The notes below the pieces were generated by a model. That model was not told where the DNA came from. It made no database searches and saw only the letters and a program-made list of their open reading frames with translations. A program made the position numbers and the translations under genes. Positions 56,974-64,000 of a stretch of 64,000 nucleotides of DNA are shown one piece after another. Origin of the DNA: Candidatus Zhuqueibacterota bacterium (lineage in GTDB: Bacteria > Zhuqueibacterota > Zhuqueibacteria > Residuimicrobiales > Krinioviventaceae); contig JAFGKD010000054.1 of the NCBI GenBank assembly GCA_016928775.1, positions 1 through 64,000 of the forward strand, read 5' to 3'. The first letter of the stretch is position 1. Every line of letters starts with the position of its first letter.

Positions 56974-58410
56974 GTGGGCGATAGCATGAATATAAATCGT
57001 GGATCAATTCTGTTCGTATGCGTGCTTTTTTTCACGTTGCGCGTGCACAATCCTGCATGCATCTTTGGCAAAAGTAAAAAATTTGCCAATCAGCCAGCAA
57101 TAGAATTTATCTCTATTCCTCCCTATGGCAGCACACAAGACCTGAGTGGTCGCGTCAGAAATGTCAATCCTGATGATTTTAAAGTAGCGGTCTATATTTT
57201 TGCTGAGGGTGCCGGATGGTGGAACAAGCCCACTTTTGCACAACCGCTCACGCTAATAAAATCTGACAGTACATGGAGCGCGGATATCACGACAGGAGAG
57301 AATGATATCAATGCCACAAGAATTCGCGCTTTTCTTTTATCGGCTGAAATAAATCCGATACTATCAGCGGGGCTTTCATGCTTGCCGGATTCACTTGAAA
57401 CCTTATCGATTGCCAGTGTTTCGACGGAACGGAACTCCGGGACGTTATCTTTTTCCGGCTATACATGGTGGAGGAAGACCAGCTCTACACAAGTCGGACC
57501 AGGACCGAATTATTTTTCGGATAGCAAACAAAATGTTTGGGTCGATGATCAAGGTCGTTTGCACTTGAAAATTACCCATCGCGATGGGGCATGGTTTTGC
57601 CCGGAAGTTATTCTCCAGGATACTCTGGGTTATGGCACGTATGATCTGCTCGTAGAGAGTGACTTGAATGAATTGGATAAAAATATTGTCTTTGGTTTTT
57701 TTACCTGGGATAATGATGCCTGTGATACGCATTACAATGAAATAGACATAGAATTTTCGCGCTGGAAAATCGATGATTCACCAAACGCCCAGTACGTCAT
57801 ACAACCATGGCACAGGGCCGGGAATCGATACCAATGGTCCATGCCGTCGAACAAAAAGATGTCCAATCATAGAATGCTCTGGGCGGCAGATAGCCTCTTT
57901 TTTAAAAGTTCCGTCGTGCATGTGTCTCAGGCAAAAGTAGATTCCGTCGTTCAAATGTGGACCTACAAAGGCTCAGATATTCCAACGGCCGATCAAACGA
58001 CTATAAGGATGAACTTTTGGCTCGTTAACGGAATCCCTCCGTCAAACAATTCAGAGTCTGAAATCATCATTGCGGATTTCGAGCACAAGGATTTGTCGAG
58101 TCATGTCAGAACAAAGCACAATAATACCGTGGCCAATTATTGCCTCATAGATAACTATCCCAATCCTTTCAATTCCAGCACAACTATTCCATTCTACACA
58201 GGTCAGACTGCTCACATAAAGATAAAAGTATTTGATATTCGAGGCGAACAGGTCCGCCTGCTGAAGGATGGAGTCTTCCAGCTAGGGACTTATAAAACAA
58301 CGTGGAATGGCAGAAACGAATCCAACAAACCTGTTCCAAGTGGAATATATCTTGTGCATTTACAAGCAGGCCATATTCAGGATGTCCAAAAAATTGCTCT
58401 CGTCCGATAG
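56974..58410 (+). CDS. Glycoside hydrolase family 16 protein with a T9SS C-terminal sorting domain
   Basis: GH16 catalytic motif EIDIEF. The C-terminus (YPNPFNSSTTIPFY...VPSGIYLVHL) is a Por-secretion tail. Confidence 0.8.
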   Translation: MGDSMNINRGSILFVCVLFFTLRVHNPACIFGKSKKFANQPAIEFISIPPYGSTQDLSGRVRNVNPDDFKVAVYIFAEGAGWWNKPTFAQPLTLIKSDSTWSADITTGENDINATRIRAFLLSAEINPILSAGLSCLPDSLETLSIASVSTERNSGTLSFSGYTWWRKTSSTQVGPGPNYFSDSKQNVWVDDQGRLHLKITHRDGAWFCPEVILQDTLGYGTYDLLVESDLNELDKNIVFGFFTWDNDACDTHYNEIDIEFSRWKIDDSPNAQYVIQPWHRAGNRYQWSMPSNKKMSNHRMLWAADSLFFKSSVVHVSQAKVDSVVQMWTYKGSDIPTADQTTIRMNFWLVNGIPPSNNSESEIIIADFEHKDLSSHVRTKHNNTVANYCLIDNYPNPFNSSTTIPFYTGQTAHIKIKVFDIRGEQVRLLKDGVFQLGTYKTTWNGRNESNKPVPSGIYLVHLQAGHIQDVQKIALVR

Positions 58411-58966
58411 TAGTCGCTATTTACCATTACAAGGAGTGACTTGGCACCAGAACAGCTTCTGTTTGAGACAACTTTGGCAAACGGTATATACAAAATATAT
58501 GGAACATTTTTCTTTCTGCTTTTGTTCTAATGAATCATATATAATTGCAAAATGGTATGAAAAAGTGGAATGACATCGTCCTTCAGTTGTCCGTCGCTGC
58601 GCTCTTGAATAGCTCATTGATCGTTCCTTGCTTTTCCACTCTCACAGAAAACAAATCTGATAACATCGATACATTAAAAAACGAACCAATTCAAGGCGTG
58701 TTCCAGCCCATCACAATGCGCCATGCAGTTTTTGCTGTAGATTCGATTTTTATCTCTTTTCATCATATCCAACCTTCCTTTCATTTTCACTCCGTGCGAC
58801 ATTATAACGAACGGGAACATTTACCAACAGATTCTCCCCTCAAAGCATTCAAGTTTGCCCTGGGGCAATACACCTCCGACTATTAGAAAGCACCTTTGTC
58901 CGCTTGTAAAAATAAAGAGGTCAAAGTCTATTTATTCTGAATGCGTTGTGTTCAGAGGAGGATAAA

Positions 58967-59116
58967 ATGAGTGATTTTTTTGTAAATGGCATTATCATCA
59001 TTTTAGGCGTTTTCTTTTTTGGATTGATGATTTACGGCTTTTACATTGTACTCAAGCCGGCGCCAAAAGGTAAAGGCATTAAGCCTTCGTTTAAACATAA
59101 ACATGCTCGTTCCTGA
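58967..59116 (+). CDS. Candidate 49-aa single-TM membrane peptide, not in the ORF track
   Basis: AGAGGAGG lies 5 nt upstream of the ATG. The product is [49 protein letters not shown]. It overlaps the tatB-like start by ~50 nt in another frame. Confidence 0.3.
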   Translation: MSDFFVNGIIIILGVFFFGLMIYGFYIVLKPAPKGKGIKPSFKHKHARS

Positions 59117-59297
59117 GGTGGCCATGCTTCCTGGAATAAGTATGTCCGAGGTCATGGTGGTGTTGGTTGTTGTTCTGATCGTGTTGGGACCAAAAAGTAT
59201 TCCACGGGCCGCTCGACGAATCGGTCAGTGGATGCGCGCCGCCAGAAACGCGATGGACGACATAAGAGATGAATTTCGAGATTTGACAAACACGTAA
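59067..59297 (+). CDS. tatB: Twin-arginine translocase TatA/TatB family protein (TatB-like)
   Basis: [44 protein letters not shown] lies 5 nt upstream. Confidence 0.65.
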   Translation, partial: KVKALSLRLNINMLVPEVAMLPGISMSEVMVVLVVVLIVLGPKSIPRAARRIGQWMRAARNAMDDIRDEFRDLTNT

Positions 59298-59308
59298 AGG
59301 ATAAAACA

Positions 59309-59458
59309 ATGATACCGAGTGGACCAGAATTATTGGTCGTTGTCTTTGTGATTTTGCTGTTATTCGGCGCAAAAAAGTTGCCCGAGCTCGCGCGTGGTTT
59401 GGGGCAAGGCATTCGCGAATTTCGCAAAGCAACAAACGAAAAATTGCCAGAAAATTAG
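59309..59458 (+). CDS. tatA: Twin-arginine translocase subunit TatA (49 aa), not in the ORF track
   Basis: [41 protein letters not shown] is a canonical TatA. Confidence 0.65.
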   Translation: MIPSGPELLVVVFVILLLFGAKKLPELARGLGQGIREFRKATNEKLPEN

Positions 59459-59522
59459 AGGCTGCCCTCAGTCAGGCACGACAGATTTCAACCCTCCAGC
59501 TTGAAAAAATGGGGTGATCACA

Positions 59523-59557
59523 AAACTCCGGCATGTCCCGCAATCTTGCCGGAGTTT
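59523..59557. terminator. Bidirectional hairpin terminator between tatA (+) and the PDZ-radical SAM gene (-)
   Basis: An 11-bp stem (AAACTCCGGCA...TGCCGGAGTTT) is flanked by an A-run on the 5' side and T-rich sequence on the 3' side. Confidence 0.55.
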
Positions 59558-60847
59558 CTATTTGAATAAATTGTTGATGGTGTCGAATAACAAGGTGAAA
59601 CTGTCCGGAAAAACAAGGACGCGTCTGCCCAGTTTTTTCTCCAGATCTTCGATGTGCCAATCGTCGAGAAAGAGGCGATCGTGATTCAGGACACTCGGCG
59701 GCAATACTACGAGATCACCTAATGGTTCGTTCTTGAGGGCAGCGTAAATATCCTGCCCCACCAGTAATCCGGCGACGGTGATCGACTCGCCGTAAAATTT
59801 GTTTTTCACTTGAAGTAGAGAGAGACGCAGATTACACACCTTTTGCAGATGGGGGATAACATACTTGTTCAATGCCGCTGCTCCTAATACGCCGCTGACC
59901 AGTGTCAACCTTAGAGGCGCCGGGATGTTGATGTGCGGCAGCTCGCTATGCAGGCGGGTGATTAAATCGCGCGTAAGGCCAACGCCGTTTTCCATCTGGT
60001 AAAAGTCATCGTAATATTCAGCCTCGGGCAGCTCCATGTTTGTACTGATGAAGAACTCATCTGCCAAATAGACAAAAGAGCTGCCGAGTTCGGCTTTTAA
60101 TTTACGCCGCTTTTGTTCAATGATATCCATTGTCTTCAGGCTGTACTCGCGGTAAACTGGCGTGAGTTTTGGCAGCCGGCCGCGAAATTGCGTCAAACCG
60201 ACGGGTACAATGGCGATAGACCCGAGTATGGGATAATATAACTTGAGGTCAGCGATGGTTCTGTCGAGGTATTTCCCATCGTTGATGCCCGGGCACAGGA
60301 CGATCTGGGTGTGCAGCTCGATATTGTTGCGGCACAAAAAGTCCAGCTTTTCCAGCAAATGATCATCTTTTTTGATACCCAGCATATATTTGCGTCGCTC
60401 GCTGTCGGTGACATGCACTGACACATACAGGGGTGAAAGTCGCTGCTCGACAATGCGGGACAAGTCATCTTGAGTGACATTGGTCAAGGTGACATAATGA
60501 CCATGGAGGAAGGAGAAACGGTAATCCTCATCTTTTAGATAGAGCGGCTTGCGCAGGCCTGTGGGATTTTGATGCACAAAACAGAAAATACAGTTGTTGC
60601 CGCACGTGCGCATGTGCATCTCTTCAACAATCAAGCCTATGTCATCGTGCGGCTCTTTTTCTATTTCATAAATGACCTGCTCACCGCGCAGCTCGATCAA
60701 AACCTCAAGGTCTTCGCCATTATTATGAAAGCGATAATCGAGCTCGTCGTTGATGTCGTAGCCATTAATGCTGATGAGCCTGGCACCAGGTACAATGCCC
60801 AATTCTTCGGCGATGCTGCCGGATTCAATATCGATAATGGTGAGCAT
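59558..60847 (-). CDS. PDZ domain-radical SAM-DUF512 protein (TIGR03279-like)
   Basis: An N-terminal PDZ domain, the CX3CX2C motif CGNNCIFC, and a DUF512-like C-terminus. Confidence 0.8.
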   Translation of the reverse strand: MLTIIDIESGSIAEELGIVPGARLISINGYDINDELDYRFHNNGEDLEVLIELRGEQVIYEIEKEPHDDIGLIVEEMHMRTCGNNCIFCFVHQNPTGLRKPLYLKDEDYRFSFLHGHYVTLTNVTQDDLSRIVEQRLSPLYVSVHVTDSERRKYMLGIKKDDHLLEKLDFLCRNNIELHTQIVLCPGINDGKYLDRTIADLKLYYPILGSIAIVPVGLTQFRGRLPKLTPVYREYSLKTMDIIEQKRRKLKAELGSSFVYLADEFFISTNMELPEAEYYDDFYQMENGVGLTRDLITRLHSELPHINIPAPLRLTLVSGVLGAAALNKYVIPHLQKVCNLRLSLLQVKNKFYGESITVAGLLVGQDIYAALKNEPLGDLVVLPPSVLNHDRLFLDDWHIEDLEKKLGRRVLVFPDSFTLLFDTINNLFK

Positions 60848-60857
60848 TACTTATTTA

Positions 60858-62117
60858 CTACGAATAGCTTATGTTGCGTTTGTTACGATCATAGATTGTC
60901 TTTCGTCCGGATCGATAAGCTTGCATGCCCATCAGGCAAGCGACCGCATGTTGAAAACCGGCGTCAATTGAGGCATTCGGTGTTTTACGGTTGCGGAGGC
61001 ACAACAACCAATCGAGAAAATGATCTGGCATCTCTATATCTTCGACTTTGTTCTCACCTCTGATTGTACCTTTGTTTTTCGAGCCACCTTCGGCGGTGTA
61101 AACGGGTTCGGTCCACTTGTCCATTTTGAGCACGCCGACATCGCTATACAGTTTGAAGCTGTTCCCATAGCCATTCCCCAAATTGCTGCAATAGCTCACC
61201 AAAAAACCTTCGGGATAATGCCACAGGGCTTGTATTTGGTCCGGGCAGGTAAAATCGTATTCATCAATCCAGGTGTATCGCCCACCCAGGCATACGCAAC
61301 TGTCCGGGAATTGAGCGCCGGTGATATAATGCACGAGATCAATAAAGTGGCTGCCATAACCGGGCAGGGGGCCATCGGAATAATCCGCATAACCATACCA
61401 GCCCGAATAGTGCCATTGATCAAATGGTCGATATGGCAGGTGCAGAAGGAACTCATTCCAGTCAACGTCCTCCTCTTTCACTTCTTTCACATAAGAGTAC
61501 CAATAAGGTTGCTCGGTATTACGAACCTGCTCGATTCTGTTTATTGTGCCAAAGATGCCAGTCTTTACCAATTCTTTGCAGCCGGTAAACGATGGCAAGC
61601 TGCGCAACTGGGTACCGACTTGCACAACTGCATTGGAAGCTTTGACTGCATCATATGCCTTCAACAAACGATCCATATCCATGGCTAATGGCTTTTCAAT
61701 ATAGATATCTTTTCCCGCCTCTGCAGATGCTTGTAGATGCGTGGTGTGCTGAAAATCGCACGAAGCGATCATGACCGCGTCAAGTTCCTGCAGCGCCAGC
61801 AGATCGCGATAGGAACTGAACTGTTTTGCCTCGAGATTGTACCAGCTTTTAATCATCGCCGCTGCTTGTTCACGATGCGCGCGGTACGGATCAGCCACGG
61901 CGATAATTTCGATATTTTGTTCTTTGTCATGTCGATGCACGCCTTCCATATGGGCATCGCGTCCTCGACTGCCGACGCCGATGATGCCGATACGGATGCG
62001 GTCATTGGCTCCAAGAATACGATCGTAATTTTTCGCTGGCATGGTCGTGGCACAGGACGCCAGCATAACTGCTGCTCCACCGGCGCTGGCGGTCGCCAAA
62101 AAGTTACGTCTGTTCAT
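60858..62117 (-). CDS. Gfo/Idh/MocA family oxidoreductase with a Tat signal (GH109-like architecture)
   Basis: RRNFLATASAGGAAV twin-arginine signal and the Rossmann motif IGIIGVGSRG. Confidence 0.85.
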   Translation of the reverse strand: MNRRNFLATASAGGAAVMLASCATTMPAKNYDRILGANDRIRIGIIGVGSRGRDAHMEGVHRHDKEQNIEIIAVADPYRAHREQAAAMIKSWYNLEAKQFSSYRDLLALQELDAVMIASCDFQHTTHLQASAEAGKDIYIEKPLAMDMDRLLKAYDAVKASNAVVQVGTQLRSLPSFTGCKELVKTGIFGTINRIEQVRNTEQPYWYSYVKEVKEEDVDWNEFLLHLPYRPFDQWHYSGWYGYADYSDGPLPGYGSHFIDLVHYITGAQFPDSCVCLGGRYTWIDEYDFTCPDQIQALWHYPEGFLVSYCSNLGNGYGNSFKLYSDVGVLKMDKWTEPVYTAEGGSKNKGTIRGENKVEDIEMPDHFLDWLLCLRNRKTPNASIDAGFQHAVACLMGMQAYRSGRKTIYDRNKRNISYS

Positions 62118-62148
62118 GATATGTCTCCAAACTCAGTGAAAAGAGTAT

Positions 62149-63297
62149 TTATTTCACCAAAACAATTTTTTTCGTCAGGTGAATAGGTGAGCGGGAATCG
62201 GCAGCTATGGATAGCCGATAAAAGTATATGCCGCTGGGCACAACGTTAAAAGACTCATCGCGGCCATCCCAGCGAATGTGGTGATGTCCCGCGTCTTTAA
62301 GACCGCTCGCCAATGTTCTGATCAGGCGACCGTGCATATCGTATAGCGTCAGATCAATCTTGTCCTTCTGCGAGAGTGAAAATGAAATCGTTGTGTTCAT
62401 ATTAAACGGATTGGGATACGCTGCAAACAACTCGTACGCTTTGACAGCACCGGAAAAATCAAATTCTGTGGCTTTAACGGAAGACATGGATTGATCGATA
62501 ACCTGTATATTATCAAGATAGACTGGCGTCGTATCGGTTCCCAGATTGAAGCGCATAAAGTTGGTGGGATCTGTCCGCGCAGCGATAAATTCATACGGTC
62601 CATATAGATCCGCGCCGTCAATCGTGACATCTTGTGAAAACTGAATAACCCAGGGATCCTGGTTTTCCTGCATAGTGAAGCGGATGAGTTTTTCGTCGTC
62701 GGCATCGGCAAAAAAAGAAATGGCATAAACGTGGGCTGAATCAACCGGAATATTCTGGTGTACCTGGATGTGCCAATCCGCCGAGCCGCGATTGGCGATC
62801 TCAACGTACAGGTAACCGATATCATCAAAATAGACTTCTTCAATGACCTCGCCCGTGGCCGCGCCGCCGTCGGTAGAATTTACATTCATAGACCATGGCG
62901 ACATGGATGTACCACAATTAAAACTGCCATTAAAAGCCTTTTCCCCTCTGGAGATATATCCGCTGCGAATGGTGATGGGATCAGACCATGCCTCGGTACC
63001 GTCTTCAGCTCTGAGCAGAGCTTGTATCGTATAGACGCCGCCAACCATGTTTCTCCATGTATACTGCCACGGCTCCCTTCTGACCCGAGCTTTGAGTGAG
63101 CCGTTTGAATATAAAAGGATATCGCTGATTGTTTTGCCATCGGCATTAACATCAAACAAAACGTCAAAATCGACACATGGCGTCAGAATATCACCATCTT
63201 GGAGATTCGAGATCGAGATACTCATCTCAGCCGGCGCAACCGACATCAATAGCAAACAAAAAATTGACATCAATAGACTCACTTTAAAAAGCTGCAT
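62149..63297 (-). CDS. Secreted CBM4/9-like carbohydrate-binding protein with a T9SS C-terminal sorting domain
   Basis: A signal peptide with an AAGGAGG 5 nt upstream. A CBM-like block (NGSFNCGTSMSPW). The C-terminus is YPNPFNMNTTISF...VPSGIYFYRL. Confidence 0.7.
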   Translation of the reverse strand: MQLFKVSLLMSIFCLLLMSVAPAEMSISISNLQDGDILTPCVDFDVLFDVNADGKTISDILLYSNGSLKARVRREPWQYTWRNMVGGVYTIQALLRAEDGTEAWSDPITIRSGYISRGEKAFNGSFNCGTSMSPWSMNVNSTDGGAATGEVIEEVYFDDIGYLYVEIANRGSADWHIQVHQNIPVDSAHVYAISFFADADDEKLIRFTMQENQDPWVIQFSQDVTIDGADLYGPYEFIAARTDPTNFMRFNLGTDTTPVYLDNIQVIDQSMSSVKATEFDFSGAVKAYELFAAYPNPFNMNTTISFSLSQKDKIDLTLYDMHGRLIRTLASGLKDAGHHHIRWDGRDESFNVVPSGIYFYRLSIAADSRSPIHLTKKIVLVK

Positions 63298-63565
63298 GCT
63301 AACCTCCTTGTTGAAAAGTTGAACTATTAAACTAATAAAAGTAGTCTGCACAGATGATGGTCATGACGTAATTGTTATTTACAGTCTAATAAGAAATTGT
63401 AAAATTGTCAAGACTTATATAGGGGATTGTATAAAACCCAAGTGAGCAATATAACTGAGGTTGTTTCAAAAGTGCAAATAAAAGCTTGCATAAATATAAA
63501 AAAGTTCATTTATTTGCAGTTTTAATTTTGGTAAATTTTTGTTAGATGAAATAGAGGTTTATATC

Positions 63566-64000
63566 GTGCTTCAACAGCTATTACACAAGGGTATACTGGT
63601 ACCCGATCCCCCGGAATATCAAGGGCTGTCGATAAAAATTGACAACAAGAGAATTAAATTGACGCCAAAGCAAGAAGAAATGGCTTATGCATGGGCGAAG
63701 AAAAAGGGGACTCCCTATGTTGAAGACCAGGTTTTTACCCGCAATTTTTTACAGGATTTCAGTCTTGCTCTTGGCTATGAAAAGCCGCTCAAAATCGATC
63801 AACTTGATTTTTTAGAGTTGGATAAACGCGTTGCTGAAGAAAAAGCAGCCAGAGAAGCCCTGACCAAAGAAGAGCGAAAAGCCCTGGCGAAAAAGCGTAA
63901 AGAGATACGTGAGCAGTTGAAAGAGACCTATGGTTATGCAATCGCTGACGGGGAGCGAATTGAATTAGGCAGCTACATGACAGAGCCGAGCGGCATTTTT
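63566..64000 (+). CDS. 3'-truncated gene whose N-terminus resembles the eukaryotic-type DNA topoisomerase IB core DNA-binding fragment (Topo_I_N)
   Basis: A GTG start with AGAGG 8 nt upstream. The block KGILVPDPPEYQGL...IKLTPKQEEMAYAWA...VFTRNFLQDF...EERKALAKKRKEIREQLKETYGYAIADGERIELGSYMTEPSGIF is colinear with the human TOP1 core subdomain I/II motifs. Confidence 0.6.
   Translation, partial: MLQQLLHKGILVPDPPEYQGLSIKIDNKRIKLTPKQEEMAYAWAKKKGTPYVEDQVFTRNFLQDFSLALGYEKPLKIDQLDFLELDKRVAEEKAAREALTKEERKALAKKRKEIREQLKETYGYAIADGERIELGSYMTEPSGIF

Noticed and set aside
58545-58886. 113-aa ORF in the gap between GH16 and the tat genes
   Set aside because: It has a hydrophobic N-terminus but no SD, no domain, and a low-complexity middle. 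It is kept only as a note in the findings.

Overview
This 64 kb window is a chromosomal segment from a Gram-negative bacterium, probably FCB superphylum, about 47-48% GC. The FCB assignment rests on two secreted proteins (a GH16 hydrolase and a CBM-containing protein) that carry type IX secretion (T9SS) C-terminal sorting domains; most genes have clear AGGAGG-type ribosome-binding sites. Nucleotides 1-37288 are essentially one long plus-strand array interrupted only by a minus-strand tRNA-Val(CAC). That array carries B12-binding radical SAM, SPFH, a GT4 fusion, GH130, two tandem SSF transporters, GT4, sppA, HU, a bS22-like mini-protein, xseAB, dxs, nadK, mutS, a FadL-like OMP, yicC-gmk-rpoZ-coaBC-udg-dnaB-relA/spoT, HU, ruvX, lnt, a second FadL-like OMP, a lipoprotein, bamD, nadD, CYTH, a GHMP kinase and a DegT aminotransferase. 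Next come convergent malQ and a secreted RraA-like gene. They are followed by an aldo/keto reductase, a SAM methyltransferase, an unusual structured repeat element, a secreted 478-aa hypothetical, and an MBOAT/SGNH acyltransferase pair. A minus-strand glycan-degradation block follows (AGCS transporter, GH127, sulfatase, GH92). Then come an MCE/Mla-like lipid transport operon, GH16-T9SS, tatB/tatA, a PDZ-radical SAM-DUF512 protein, a Tat-signal Gfo/Idh/MocA oxidoreductase, a CBM/T9SS protein and a 3'-truncated eukaryotic-type topoisomerase IB-like gene. No CRISPR array, transposase, integrase or rRNA was seen. The observations most worth a second look are: (1) a CGGAT/ATCCG phased palindromic repeat flanked by twin GCGGCCTTTGGCCGC hairpins; (2) a GT4 fusion whose real N-terminus lies upstream of the called start and has no canonical start codon; (3) a eukaryote-like Topo IB N-terminal domain; (4) two unannotated mini-proteins (bS22-like and tatA). 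I cannot identify one clearly novel multi-gene system; most of the window is housekeeping.
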